The notes: generated by a model not told the origin, from the sequence alone. A stretch of 64,000 nt of DNA from an uncultured Clostridia bacterium (GCA_944387385.1 CALXES010000003.1:66399-130398), one strand, 5' to 3'. Positions 20,332 through 31,565 are shown, counted from the stretch's first letter. A program made the numbers and translations.

Positions 20332-21457
20332 TATCTTCTCCCTTTTCATCAATTGCATTTACAAGCCAATTTATAGATTTTTTTCTTTCATCTTCTAGTT
20401 TATTATTAACTTCATTCCAATCAGTTTTTAAATTAAAATCTATATTTTTAAATTCGTTAAAGTCATAAAAAGTTCTTCCTTTTATTCCCACCTTGTCCAA
20501 TAAATTAATAACTCTAGCACCAGTTTTTTTATTAGGTACAATAAAAAAGTTTTTATTATATATAATAGAAAATACTGTAGCATGAAATGATGTAGCAACA
20601 ACATATTCTGCATTTTTTATATAATTAACAAACTCTAATGGTCCTTCTGTATATGCACTTTTAATAACATTATTATACCCTGGATTTGTTTTTTCAAAAT
20701 GAATAACTTTTAAGCCAGTTTTTTCTGATAAATCATTTACTATTTTTATATACTCTAAGTCAGGTTGTACAACATAAGCTAATATATATTTTTCTCCATA
20801 TGAACTTATATTACCCAATAAATGCTCCCAATCATCTTTTTTTAATAACAAAGTGGGATCTAGAACAACTTCAATATGTTTATTACTAATCTTTTGTAAT
20901 TGTTCCTTTGCATCTTCTTCTCTAACTGATATAAAATCTAATCTTGATAATTTATTTTTGAAATCTTCTTTATTTTCTAAAATAATATTAGCGTTTCCAA
21001 CGCTTGCCGCATAAGATATTCTTTTGGTATTCTTATCTCCAAAGTTCAAAGTATATATATCTGATAATTCACCTACAATTGTCGTACTCCACACTTGATC
21101 ACTTCCAGTTATAAGAATATCAGAATCAGGATAATTATTTTTTAAGTATTTTTCACTTTTATATGGAGAAGTAAAATTAATATTACTATTTAAAAAGTTT
21201 TTAAAAGATTTCATTCTTTTATAATTTTTAGAAAAATTTTTAATATCATTTAACACTAAAAAAAACCATTTAATTACATTTTTCCTTATAGGCGTAATTA
21301 ATTTATAAGAATTAGATATTCTTTTATTTCTATAATCAATATCTTTGATAACATAATCAGGATATTTTTCGCATAAGAATTTGTTTAATGCATATGTTTG
21401 TAATGCTGCTCCATAATTTAAGGCATTTTGAAATGTAACAATATTTATCTTTTTCAT
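20324..21457 (-). CDS. polysaccharide pyruvyl transferase (1)
   Basis: 377 aa; N-terminus INIVTFQNALNYGAALQTYAL, GSDQVWS and SFHATVFS motifs typical of the family. Confidence 0.8.
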   Translation of the reverse strand: MKKINIVTFQNALNYGAALQTYALNKFLCEKYPDYVIKDIDYRNKRISNSYKLITPIRKNVIKWFFLVLNDIKNFSKNYKRMKSFKNFLNSNINFTSPYKSEKYLKNNYPDSDILITGSDQVWSTTIVGELSDIYTLNFGDKNTKRISYAASVGNANIILENKEDFKNKLSRLDFISVREEDAKEQLQKISNKHIEVVLDPTLLLKKDDWEHLLGNISSYGEKYILAYVVQPDLEYIKIVNDLSEKTGLKVIHFEKTNPGYNNVIKSAYTEGPLEFVNYIKNAEYVVATSFHATVFSIIYNKNFFIVPNKKTGARVINLLDKVGIKGRTFYDFNEFKNIDFNLKTDWNEVNNKLEDERKKSINWLVNAIDEKGEDNE

Positions 21458-22494
21458 TTTTTCCCTCCAATTTTCTTTAATAATAATTTAACGTCCTGTT
21501 TTAATTTCATATAATTATATAAGCTTTTTTCTTTTTTTAAGTTAATAAAAAATTTTTCAATACCAAATCGTAAATAATGATTAACTACTAAAACATGTTT
21601 ATCGTTTAATATATCTTTTAAAAACATTATTTTTTCAGTTTTAGATATATTACAATTATTTGAAAAAACTGTAAGTAAAGAATAATACATCATTTTTCCT
21701 TCATACTTTAATAAAAACTTTTCATTTTTTTTATCATATATTTTATAAAACTTATAAAATTCTACTAATTCGTTATAAATCTTTTTTCTCCTTGATAAAA
21801 TATCAGTTCTAAATTTTGAAGTTAAATTGTTTGGTTGATTAAAATAATAATTATATAAACAATCTTTTATCTCAATCAAATTTTTTATTTTTTTTATATA
21901 TTCGCAATTAAATAAAAAATCTTCTCCCAAATTAATATTTTCATTAAATTCTATATTATTTTCTATTATTATACTTTTTTTATATATTTTATTCCATACT
22001 ACATTTAAAACTCTTTCTTTGTCATCTGCAGTAAATCTATAAAAATAATTTGATATTTCATTAATACTTTTACAATAAATATCTTCTTTTACATTTCTTT
22101 TTGTATGTTTAGAGTTATTAATAATAAAATTAGTTCCAGTTGTTACCAAATCATATTGAAATTCATTAATAATCTTATATAATTTTAAATATGTATCTTC
22201 TGTAATAGTATCATCAGAATCTATAAAATGTATATAATTGCCATTAGCCAATTCTATTCCTTTATTTCTAGCTTTACTAACTCCACCATTTTCTAGTAAA
22301 CTATATACTCTTATATAATCATATTTTTGCGAAAAAACCTCACATACAGTCTTCGTATTATCTGTAGAGCAATCATTAATTAATATTACTTCATAAGGTT
22401 TAACAGATTGATTTACTATACTTTCTAATGTCCTTATAATAGTTCTTTCTGCATTATAGACTGGTATTACAACTGATATTTGGTTAATATTCAT
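21454..22494 (-). CDS. family 2 glycosyltransferase
   Basis: VVIPVYNAE...NQS and DSDD motifs. Start moved to ATG 22494 (MNINQIS) behind AAAGG. Confidence 0.85.
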   Translation of the reverse strand: MNINQISVVIPVYNAERTIIRTLESIVNQSVKPYEVILINDCSTDNTKTVCEVFSQKYDYIRVYSLLENGGVSKARNKGIELANGNYIHFIDSDDTITEDTYLKLYKIINEFQYDLVTTGTNFIINNSKHTKRNVKEDIYCKSINEISNYFYRFTADDKERVLNVVWNKIYKKSIIIENNIEFNENINLGEDFLFNCEYIKKIKNLIEIKDCLYNYYFNQPNNLTSKFRTDILSRRKKIYNELVEFYKFYKIYDKKNEKFLLKYEGKMMYYSLLTVFSNNCNISKTEKIMFLKDILNDKHVLVVNHYLRFGIEKFFINLKKEKSLYNYMKLKQDVKLLLKKIGGKK

Positions 22495-22498
22495 AATT

Positions 22499-23083
22499 CT
22501 ACCTTTCTTCAACATAATAACTAAATTTTCCGTTAGTTCCTTTTTCACTTACAACTTTAGCTGGTACTCCTGCAATAGTAACATTATCTCCAAAATCTTT
22601 ATTTACAACAGCATTTGCACCAATCGCAACGTTATCTCCTATTTTTATATTCCCAAACAACTTAGCACCTGGACCTATGAAACAATTATCTCCAATAGTT
22701 GGAGCTTTTCCATTTTCACCCATTTGAGTACCAATATTTACATCTATATTTATTCTACAATTTTTACCTATTTTCGAAGCGCCATTAATAACAATAGTAC
22801 CTCTATGAGCAATACAGAGTCCTGGTCCAAAAGTATTTATTGGTATTGAGAAGCCATATTTTATACTCAAAGACTTATATCTATATTTTAATATCAATAA
22901 TATTATTTTATTAAAAATTCCCTTTTTACAGTTATTATAATATTCAACCTTTCTCATTAAACGTTGAAAATTATACAAGGGAATTTCTTTCCTATTTCCT
23001 ATATAAATAATTTTCTTAGAATAATTTCTAGCTTTCCTATCTGCTTCTAAATAAAACTTATAATCTTCTTTATTTTTTATCAT
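22499..23083 (-). CDS. hexapeptide-repeat O-acetyltransferase (WcaB/CysE-like)
   Basis: 194 aa; left-handed beta-helix repeats (IGDNCFIGPGAKLFGNIKIGDNVAIGANAVV). Confidence 0.8.
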   Translation of the reverse strand: MIKNKEDYKFYLEADRKARNYSKKIIYIGNRKEIPLYNFQRLMRKVEYYNNCKKGIFNKIILLILKYRYKSLSIKYGFSIPINTFGPGLCIAHRGTIVINGASKIGKNCRINIDVNIGTQMGENGKAPTIGDNCFIGPGAKLFGNIKIGDNVAIGANAVVNKDFGDNVTIAGVPAKVVSEKGTNGKFSYYVEER

Positions 23084-24176
23084 ACTTTTTTACTAATTCC
23101 TTTCTTAATTCATTTTGAGAAAGAGTTCTTTGTTCATCTAGTTTTGAATAAACATTTTCATAATTTATAGTTTTGTATTTAGAAAAGTCTTTATCAATAG
23201 TCCTATCTTCTAATCCTAATAGATTAACAAGATTTTCAATTCTAGAATTAAAATTATTAGTTTCTTTTGATAAAGCATAAAAAAACTGTTTTTTAAAATT
23301 AATAGAAAAAGCTACACCATGAAATGATGTTGTTACAATATATTTTGCATTTTTTAAATAATATAAAAACTCATCTGGCCCAGCTGTTTTTACATTTTTC
23401 ACACCGATAACATTTTTATAAGAATGATTTATATATATAATTTTACAATTCTTTTTTTTAGCTAATTTTCTTGCAAATTCTATAATATCATTATTTGGTG
23501 CAATTATATATAATAAAATATAATCATAATTTATATTTTCTATATTTGTTTTATCAATAATATTATTCCAATCACTAGAATTTAATAATAAAGTAGGGTC
23601 TAATGTTATTTCTACATCTCTATTTAAAAGATTCTTTACAATTTTTTTACCTTGTTCTTCTCTAACTAAAATATTATTAAATTTTGATAAATTTTCCTTT
23701 GTAATATCTAAATATTTATCTGGTACTTTACTGTATCCAAAACTTGCTGCGTAAGACAATTTTTTTTCATCACTATCAACAAAATCTAAAAAGTAAGTTG
23801 CATCTTCTCCAGATAATTCTAAATTCCAAACCTGATCACTTCCAACAACAAACTTATCATATATTCTATTAGTATCAATTATATCAGATTTATAATAAGA
23901 CTTTGAGCTTAATTTTTGATAATTTTTTTCAAAATTTTTAAATTTATTCTTTAAAATCTTACTATTTCTATTAGTTAGTATCGATTTAACAAGTTGCTTT
24001 AGATTTTTGCATTCTGATAATTTTTTTATTTTATATCTCTGAGTAATTGCATCACATTTATAGTCTATTATTTCACAATCATATCCTAAATCATTTATTT
24101 TCTTTTGTAAAGCATATGCCTGTAAAACCGCCCCATAATTTGTTGTGTCATGGTAAGTTAGAGTTCCTATTTTCAT
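23070..24176 (-). CDS. polysaccharide pyruvyl transferase (2)
   Basis: 368 aa; paralog of 20324..21457 (IGTLTYHDTTNYGAVLQAYAL, GSDQVWN, SFHGVAFS). Confidence 0.8.
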   Translation of the reverse strand: MKIGTLTYHDTTNYGAVLQAYALQKKINDLGYDCEIIDYKCDAITQRYKIKKLSECKNLKQLVKSILTNRNSKILKNKFKNFEKNYQKLSSKSYYKSDIIDTNRIYDKFVVGSDQVWNLELSGEDATYFLDFVDSDEKKLSYAASFGYSKVPDKYLDITKENLSKFNNILVREEQGKKIVKNLLNRDVEITLDPTLLLNSSDWNNIIDKTNIENINYDYILLYIIAPNNDIIEFARKLAKKKNCKIIYINHSYKNVIGVKNVKTAGPDEFLYYLKNAKYIVTTSFHGVAFSINFKKQFFYALSKETNNFNSRIENLVNLLGLEDRTIDKDFSKYKTINYENVYSKLDEQRTLSQNELRKELVKKYDKK

Positions 24177-25381
24177 TTTAATTCCTCCTTTTTATTTATT
24201 GATATTGTTAAATTAATCATAAGCATATAAACTAATAATATTGAAAAATTATATAATGGATTGCCAGTAAGTCCATAAACTAAAAAGAAAATTTGATAAT
24301 ATGCAGATATTAATACATTTTCTCTATCAGCGGAAAATTTCAACGCTTTAAGCAACTTTACTATAGAATCTTTAAAAACTAAAAAGTATACTAATATACC
24401 GATTATTCCTAATTCAGAGACAATTTGTAGATAAATATTATGACCATCATTGCCACCTGTAAGATCACCCGTAGTTTTAGCACCGCTTCCAAATAAAGGA
24501 CGTTCAGCTATATTTTCAAATAGCACTTTATAAATATCTTCTCTACCATTTAACATATCATCTTCATCACTAGTTTCTTGAAATCTTTCAAACACAATTT
24601 TAGTCGCAGGTATATATAACATTAATCTTGAAACGACCAATATAATCAAAAAAATCAAAGCACTTTTTTTTAAGATTTTTTTATTTCTTAAATTAACAAT
24701 AATAAAGATAACAATCATTGAAATTGCATTTGCAACTAATAATCCTCTTTTTCCAGTTAATAGTAATGCTAATATACCTATAATTATAAAAATAAAATTC
24801 AAAATTTTCTTTTCTTTATTATAAAGAAATCTAACAAAAAAAATACATATAAAAACAGTTATGCAAAAAGCATTAAATCCATGTTCAGATGATATTCCTG
24901 CGTTCATTCCATGTCGCATTAAAGCCAAATTATATTCATAAGCAGAAGCCGTTAAAATCTTTCCAATTATAAAATGAATAAAGTTTGGAAATATTGCATA
25001 TATTAAAGTTGCAAAAACATGTATTGAGGAAAAAAATGCTAATATATTTACTATACTTTTTTTATAACTTTTATAATTTAATGTTATAATTTTTAATATA
25101 ATAACTAAAAACAAACATATACTATACCTTAAGGTACTTTCTTTATCAATTGAATACAAAGTAGAAATAAATGATAAAAGACAAATGCCAATCCATATCA
25201 AGTCATTTTTTGTTATCTTTATTTTAAACATATTGCATTTTAAAATCGGGATTAATCCCACTATTACTGTAAATAATAATTGAATACTTTCTTTATTTAT
25301 TACGTATCCAAAAAAAATAAAAAGTCCAATTAAAACCAATTCTAGTTTTTCAAAATATTCAAAAAATATTTTCTTATTCAT
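24173..25381 (-). CDS. wzy: Wzy-type polymerase / O-antigen ligase family membrane protein
   Basis: ~402 aa with more than 9 predicted TM helices and a large loop. Start moved to ATG 25381. Confidence 0.7.
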   Translation of the reverse strand: MNKKIFFEYFEKLELVLIGLFIFFGYVINKESIQLLFTVIVGLIPILKCNMFKIKITKNDLIWIGICLLSFISTLYSIDKESTLRYSICLFLVIILKIITLNYKSYKKSIVNILAFFSSIHVFATLIYAIFPNFIHFIIGKILTASAYEYNLALMRHGMNAGISSEHGFNAFCITVFICIFFVRFLYNKEKKILNFIFIIIGILALLLTGKRGLLVANAISMIVIFIIVNLRNKKILKKSALIFLIILVVSRLMLYIPATKIVFERFQETSDEDDMLNGREDIYKVLFENIAERPLFGSGAKTTGDLTGGNDGHNIYLQIVSELGIIGILVYFLVFKDSIVKLLKALKFSADRENVLISAYYQIFFLVYGLTGNPLYNFSILLVYMLMINLTISINKKEELK

Positions 25382-26558
25382 AATAACTATCCCCAATTAA
25401 AAATCTAAATCTATTAACATATATTTCTTTAGTAAATTTTTCACTTTGCTTTCTTGCTTCTTTTCCCATTTTTATTAATTTTTCACTATTTGTAATTATA
25501 TTTTCTATTGCTATTGATAAGTCTTTTTCGAAATCTTTACCTTTATTCACAACTATAGCGCACTCGGAATTAACTAATTCTTTCATTCCACCAGAATTAG
25601 CTATTATAACCGGATTTCCTGTTGCCATATGTTCAATCACTGTTAAGGCAAAAGGTTCTTCCCATATAGATGGTATAACACCTAAATCTGCTATTCCATA
25701 TAAAGATGGTATATCTTTATAATCTACATAACCTGTAAATATAACATTTTTATTGGCTATATTTTTAATTTCACTTATATAATTTGATTCTTTATTTTCT
25801 CCATAATCAGAACTACCAGCTATCACTAATTTAACATTATCTAAGGTTAAATTAGAAAATGCTTGTACAAGTTCTTTTACCCCTTTTTCTGGAACAATTC
25901 TTCCTGTGTATAAAATTACTTTATTATCTATAGGTATATTATATTTATTTTTTAATTTAACTATTTCATTTTTATACTTTTCTTTTCCGAATCTTTTTGT
26001 GTCTATACCATTATATAAAGTATGAACTTTATTTGCATAATTTGAAGATATTTCTTTTACTCTATCTCCAACAAAATTACTTAGTACTAATATTTTATAG
26101 CATTTCTGTATAATTTTTAAAGCATTTTTAGTGTTTATGTTTAGTCTATCATTATGCAAATGTAAAATTATCTTTCTATTTGTTTTTTTAGATATAGGTA
26201 AAACATACTCTGGTACATTTTCAATAATGATACAATCATATTTTTCAAAATTTTCTTGTTTTATAATTTCATGTATATAAGCATTTCCAATATAAACGTT
26301 TGGTAGAAAATTAATACTTCTTCTTAATACTTTTTGTATTTTATAAAAAATTGAATTTTGAGTTATAAATTTAAATTCTGTACTTTTATACTTTTGAGAT
26401 TCAATTTCTGCTTTTTTATTAAATATACTATATAAAGTAATATTATATTTATGATCTTTTTCATTTTCTTCCAAAAACATATTAATTAAATTTTCTACTG
26501 CACCACCATTAACAGGAGGCATTGGTAAAACTCCTGCACTTATAATCAAAATATTCAT
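25374..26558 (-). CDS. family 4 (GT-B) glycosyltransferase
   Basis: C-terminal E..F....EHMATGNPVI motif (EX7E type). Confidence 0.85.
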   Translation of the reverse strand: MNILIISAGVLPMPPVNGGAVENLINMFLEENEKDHKYNITLYSIFNKKAEIESQKYKSTEFKFITQNSIFYKIQKVLRRSINFLPNVYIGNAYIHEIIKQENFEKYDCIIIENVPEYVLPISKKTNRKIILHLHNDRLNINTKNALKIIQKCYKILVLSNFVGDRVKEISSNYANKVHTLYNGIDTKRFGKEKYKNEIVKLKNKYNIPIDNKVILYTGRIVPEKGVKELVQAFSNLTLDNVKLVIAGSSDYGENKESNYISEIKNIANKNVIFTGYVDYKDIPSLYGIADLGVIPSIWEEPFALTVIEHMATGNPVIIANSGGMKELVNSECAIVVNKGKDFEKDLSIAIENIITNSEKLIKMGKEARKQSEKFTKEIYVNRFRFLIGDSYYE

Positions 26559-27544
26559 TTACTTTTCTCCTTTTTTATATTTAACATTACTATTATTTTT
26601 CTTCTAAAGTCAAAAAGCCTTTCAAAAGCTAAATAAACAAAAAATGGAAAATTTTCAAATAAATATTTTTGAAATATAATTCTACTTTTTAATTTTCCAG
26701 ATAATAAATCTTTATTGAAATTAGTTTTACTTAAATATTCAATATAAAAATTCTTATAAGGATGTGTGCAACTTCCATACCAAGGTCTATTATACCATTT
26801 AGTAATATAATGTATTATAACTTTATTTTTATTAGCTTCTAAAATTTCTTCATCAGTATAAAAGTTTTTCATTTTATAAATTCTTTTTAATTGCTTACTA
26901 TTCATACATATTAGTTCGGGCATCAAATTATATTTTGGTGATAAATATTTAATCCTATCTTTACAAACAATATTTAAAACACCTTGATCATGATGTGGAA
27001 CTTTTCCATTAAATCTTTCCATACACTCGACGAACTTATTCTTTAAATTGTCTTCTCTCCACTTTTTCAAATTTATTAACAATACACCAGAATTAATATA
27101 TCTATACTCTTTACTTAACCCAACTAATTCAACATTAAATCTTTGAATAGGATCTTGCACGCCAGCAAAATAATATTCATCTATATCAGTATTCCACAAC
27201 CCACTTATATCATTTACTATAACTGTATCACAATCTAGATATAATATTTTATCTATTTTATCACTAATATTTTCAGTAAATAATCTTGCGTATGCTGATT
27301 TAGGAAAATCATTGTTTTTCGTAAACTCTTCATAAATATTGTCTATTTCAACAAAAAATATTTTTCTATTAAATTCTTTAGAAATCATAAAAAAGTTTTC
27401 TTTAGTTTCTTTACTTAAATCATTTGAAATAATATAAACATCAATTTCATCGACATTCTTATTGTTATCAAATAAAGAATATATGGATACGCCACAATGT
27501 CTTGCATAATTCTCATCAGTAGAATATACTACATTTATCTTCAT
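26555..27544 (-). CDS. family 8 glycosyltransferase
   Basis: Motifs NVVYSTDENYARH, LDCDTV and HHDQGVLN. Confidence 0.85.
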   Translation of the reverse strand: MKINVVYSTDENYARHCGVSIYSLFDNNKNVDEIDVYIISNDLSKETKENFFMISKEFNRKIFFVEIDNIYEEFTKNNDFPKSAYARLFTENISDKIDKILYLDCDTVIVNDISGLWNTDIDEYYFAGVQDPIQRFNVELVGLSKEYRYINSGVLLINLKKWREDNLKNKFVECMERFNGKVPHHDQGVLNIVCKDRIKYLSPKYNLMPELICMNSKQLKRIYKMKNFYTDEEILEANKNKVIIHYITKWYNRPWYGSCTHPYKNFYIEYLSKTNFNKDLLSGKLKSRIIFQKYLFENFPFFVYLAFERLFDFRRKIIVMLNIKKEKSK

Positions 27545-27564
27545 TTTTTATCCCCCATTTTAAA

Positions 27565-28641
27565 TTATTTTTTTGCCATTATATCATTATATGTTGATTC
27601 AATATTATTCATATATGAATCAATATTGTCTAACTTCTTAGATTTTTTTATTGCATTTAAATGTTTACTACTATAATAATCATCATTATTAATCAGTTTT
27701 TCTATTTCTTTTATTATTTCGTTATCATTATTACAAAGTTTTCCACATGAATCGTCAACAATTAACGGCAAACCTCCAACATTATTAACGACACATGGTA
27801 ATCCCAAAGCTAACGCTTCAAAAGCCACCAATCCAAAGCCTTCCCAATCGCTGGTTAATAAAAATACTTTTGATTTTTTCATATAAGCATAAGGATTTTT
27901 TTGAAAACCAACAAATTTTATATTAGTAGATAAATTTAATTCATTAGCTTTATTTACTATTTCATCATAAAGTTCACCATTTCCAACCCATATTACTTTT
28001 ATATTGTTATTTTCTTTCTTTATTTCTTTTATAATTTTTATAAATCTTTCTGGATTTTTTTGCTTTGTTAGTCGTGCCACGCAACAAATATCATATTCTA
28101 CATTATAGTTTTTATTTTCATCTATTTTACTTGTCACATTAAAACAGCTTATAGGGTTTGAAACATTAATTATCTTATCATTAATATTCTTAGAAAAAAT
28201 ATACTCTTTTTTTATTGAATCTGATACAATTAAAATTTGTTTGACATTTTTTCTTAAACATGATAATAGAAACATATAATTATATGGATGAAGAACATTT
28301 TTTAACCAAGGTGAATTATTATGTAAGTGAAAGATAATTTTTGTTTTTCTTATAAAAAAACCACACATTAAAGAAGCTGTATAATCATGTGCTACTATTA
28401 AATCTGGTTTATAATTATTTTCTAATCTTATTAATTCATTTTTTGATATTTTATCAATTTTTATTCTATTTATACTTTTTTCTTTTAAAACGTCAACAAT
28501 AGGACCATCTTTACATACATAAAAAAAATTATATTTTTCTTTTAATGATTCGATAATATTAATAACAACATTTTCTAATCCAGAATAAATATTGCTATTA
28601 ACAATATGTAATACTGTAGGTTTTTTATTTATATTCTGCAT
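27565..28641 (-). CDS. family 4 glycosyltransferase
   Basis: EGFGLVAFEALALGLPCV motif. Start moved to ATG 28641 behind GAGGGGAG. Confidence 0.85.
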   Translation of the reverse strand: MQNINKKPTVLHIVNSNIYSGLENVVINIIESLKEKYNFFYVCKDGPIVDVLKEKSINRIKIDKISKNELIRLENNYKPDLIVAHDYTASLMCGFFIRKTKIIFHLHNNSPWLKNVLHPYNYMFLLSCLRKNVKQILIVSDSIKKEYIFSKNINDKIINVSNPISCFNVTSKIDENKNYNVEYDICCVARLTKQKNPERFIKIIKEIKKENNNIKVIWVGNGELYDEIVNKANELNLSTNIKFVGFQKNPYAYMKKSKVFLLTSDWEGFGLVAFEALALGLPCVVNNVGGLPLIVDDSCGKLCNNDNEIIKEIEKLINNDDYYSSKHLNAIKKSKKLDNIDSYMNNIESTYNDIMAKK

Positions 28642-29716
28642 TATACTCCCCTCTATATAATTTAAAGTATTTTTCACACATAACTTCTGTGTTATAAATA
28701 TTTTTTATATCATTAAATGCATTTTCAGATATTTTTTCTAAATTATATTTATTATCTTGTATATTTTTTATTACCTCAATAAATTCATTTAAGTTGTTAC
28801 AAACAAATCCATTATTCTCATTAGAAATTACATCTCTATTTCCTATAACATTACTTACTATACAAGGTTTCTTTAAAGCCATAGCTTCAAGTAAAGATAT
28901 AGGTAATCCTTCCCATAATGAAGGTAATATAAAAACATCTGATTTATTAAGTATTTCCATTAACTCATCTCTATTTTTCCAACCGGTAATTTCTATGTTT
29001 TTACTTGTAAGTTTATCTTCCAAATCCCCTGTTCCTACCCAAATAAATTTAATTTGAGGAAAATATTCTGCAATCTTGTTAAATAATTCAGGATTTTTCT
29101 GATAAGAAATTCTACCTGTAGTAACAAAAGTTAACTTTTTAGTATTTATTTGTTTTATTTTATCTGGTATATATTTTTTTAACTTTTCTAAATTAACACC
29201 ATTGCTTACATAAGTAGCTCTTTTTGTTAATTTTAAAGATTCTTCATATTCACCTTTTGAACATGCTACTATTACTGAATGATTTAATGTACAAATTTTT
29301 TCAATTGATCTGTATATAAATCTTTTTAATCTTGAAGAATCCTCCATTAAAAATGAATATCCATGTGGTGTATAAAAAGTTTTTATTTTTTTGGTATTAG
29401 TTGCCATTCTGCCAATAAAACCGGCCTTTGACGAGTGGCAATGAACAATATCTGGCTTTTCATTTTTAATAATCTCTTTAATTTCTAGTAAAGCTTTTAA
29501 ATCATTAAAACCTATTTTTCTTTGCATATATTTAGATTTTATAAATTTAATTCTAGGGTCAAACTCTTCAACAAAATTAGATGGTGATTGTTCTCTTAAT
29601 GAATAAACTATAACAATATCATACTCATTAACCATTTTATTTGTTAAATCTAACAGATAATTATATATACCACTACAAAAAGCTTCTACAATATAAACAA
29701 TTTTTTTTCTCCCCAT
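28625..29716 (-). CDS. family 4 glycosyltransferase
   Basis: EGLPISLLEAMALKKPCI motif. Confidence 0.85.
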   Translation of the reverse strand: MGRKKIVYIVEAFCSGIYNYLLDLTNKMVNEYDIVIVYSLREQSPSNFVEEFDPRIKFIKSKYMQRKIGFNDLKALLEIKEIIKNEKPDIVHCHSSKAGFIGRMATNTKKIKTFYTPHGYSFLMEDSSRLKRFIYRSIEKICTLNHSVIVACSKGEYEESLKLTKRATYVSNGVNLEKLKKYIPDKIKQINTKKLTFVTTGRISYQKNPELFNKIAEYFPQIKFIWVGTGDLEDKLTSKNIEITGWKNRDELMEILNKSDVFILPSLWEGLPISLLEAMALKKPCIVSNVIGNRDVISNENNGFVCNNLNEFIEVIKNIQDNKYNLEKISENAFNDIKNIYNTEVMCEKYFKLYRGEYNAEYK

Positions 29717-29720
29717 AAGC

Positions 29721-30467
29721 CTATTTAGCCCCTTCTTTTTTTAATACAGATTCTATTGTCTTTACAAAGCATTTAGCATCTAAAGAAAAGCTTTGATGAT
29801 CTATATAGTATAGTTCAAGATTTACTCTTTCTTCATAACTAGTATCACTTCTTCCATTACAAGCCCACCAGCCAGTAAGTCCAGGTTTTACGCTCAAAAA
29901 TTTTTCCTTATTATCTCCAAACTTATCTATTTCACCATCAATAACAGGTCTTGGACCTATAATACTCATATCACCTTTTATTATATTTAATAATTGTGGT
30001 AACTCATCCAAAGAAGTCTTTCTTAAAAAATCACCAACCTTAGTAATTCTTGGATCATTATCTAATTTAAAATTTTCTTCCCATTCGCTTTTAATTTGTG
30101 GATCCTTTAACAATTCTTCTAATCTTTCATTTGAATCAGTATACATACTTCTAAACTTATACAAATAAATTGGTTTACCATCTTTTCCAATTCTCTTATG
30201 TTTATAAAAAACTGGTCCATTTGAATCTTTCTTTATCGCTATACTTGTAGCTAAAAATATAGGTGAAAGCGCTACCAAAGCAGCAGATGCAAAAGTTACA
30301 TCAAATGCTCTTTTAAAAAAATTATAAATTGGTTTGTTTTTTACCTGATTATAATGTAACACTTTGTTATTATCATCAAATTTAATAATATTATTTTCTA
30401 CAGGCAATTTTTTATCTGTTTCAACACTTAATATGTTAAACTCTTGTGCCTCATTAGAATGTGACAT
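29721..30467 (-). CDS. initiating undecaprenyl-phosphate sugar phosphotransferase (bacterial sugar transferase family)
   Basis: 248 aa; DELPQLLNIIKGDMSIIGPRP motif; single N-terminal TM helix. Confidence 0.9.
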   Translation of the reverse strand: MSHSNEAQEFNILSVETDKKLPVENNIIKFDDNNKVLHYNQVKNKPIYNFFKRAFDVTFASAALVALSPIFLATSIAIKKDSNGPVFYKHKRIGKDGKPIYLYKFRSMYTDSNERLEELLKDPQIKSEWEENFKLDNDPRITKVGDFLRKTSLDELPQLLNIIKGDMSIIGPRPVIDGEIDKFGDNKEKFLSVKPGLTGWWACNGRSDTSYEERVNLELYYIDHQSFSLDAKCFVKTIESVLKKEGAK

Positions 30468-30470
30468 TCT

Positions 30471-31022
30471 TTATTCCCCCATTTTCAGATTTTTTCTTTT
30501 TCTCGATTTTTTTAGTATATTTATGAAAATCATAACTAAAATAGTTCCTGTTATCACTCCTAAAGTATCAATTCCTATATCTGTTATTCTGCTTGTCCTA
30601 CCTGCAACAAATCTTTGATGAAACTCATCGGACATAGCATAAAGCATTCCTGTTAGGATAGCAAATAAATATATTTTATTGTTTTCTTTAAAAAAAGCAT
30701 AAAAAAATACAGATAAAATAATACCACCAATTGTGTATAAAAAATAATGAGCATTCTTTCTTACAAAAGTTTGTAGTTCTTGAGAATAATTGTATTTCTC
30801 ATTATTACTATCTTGTGTGTTTACTGTATCTGTTTTATTTGAGCTATAACTTTCTACTTGTGGTGTGTCATTACCATTTACAGTGCTTTCTATTGCATAT
30901 ATAAATGCACCACTAGTATTAAGTGTTTGTGTTCCGTCTTGACTAGAAAATATAAATACAGTTATCATCCATACTAAAACAAATATTGTGGATATTATTT
31001 TAAGTATCTTCCCCTTATGCAT
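30471..31022 (-). CDS. VanZ family membrane protein (paralog 1)
   Basis: 183 aa; RKNAHYFLYTIGG and DEFHQRFVAGRTSRITDIGIDTLG motifs. Confidence 0.8.
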   Translation of the reverse strand: MHKGKILKIISTIFVLVWMITVFIFSSQDGTQTLNTSGAFIYAIESTVNGNDTPQVESYSSNKTDTVNTQDSNNEKYNYSQELQTFVRKNAHYFLYTIGGIILSVFFYAFFKENNKIYLFAILTGMLYAMSDEFHQRFVAGRTSRITDIGIDTLGVITGTILVMIFINILKKSRKRKNLKMGE

Positions 31023-31303
31023 TTTTCTCTCCTAACATTCAATATTTTAGTGACATACTTAACTATTTTTTATGTCTTCTTCAATATACTTTCGACGGGT
31101 ATTATTATATCATTTAACATAAGTTTAGTCAATTAAATTTATCGTATTTAGTTTAAATTTGTTGTAAATTTTTCTGTAATGTAATATTTTGTAAATTAAA
31201 ATAATTAATATTTTTTGCTATATACTTGAATTATTGATAAAAAAGAGTATAATATGTCTTATCCGAAAATCCTCACACCCATTAACTATTTGGGAGGTAT
31301 TCA

Positions 31304-31565
31304 AATGAAGTTGTTTAATAAAATGCTCTGTTTCCTCACTGAATACAGAATTATTCCTCATATCTTGGAGAATAATCTGCATCTTAAATTGGTTTCTCTT
31401 CCCAGAGTTACCAGAGGAGGATACTACGTGTCTGCTGTCATGAAAAGAAATAGTACCTGCACCGTTTACTGGAACATTCCTAAATCTTGTAATGTTATCT
31501 TAAACCATGAAGGTTGCGATCTTATCTGCTGGCACGGCATCGAAGTAATCAGAGTGGAGGATTGA
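31304..31565 (+). CDS. uncertain: 87-aa Cys/His/Trp-rich ORF in a GC-rich insert (may instead be the antisense shadow of a decayed minus-strand gene)
   Basis: GGGAGG SD 7 nt before ATG 31304; TTGAAT-16-TATAAT promoter at ~31222-31249; terminator at 31586-31626. ~39% GC (118 of 300 by hand count, 31301-31600). The codon-aligned minus frame is also open apart from one TAA. Confidence 0.3.
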
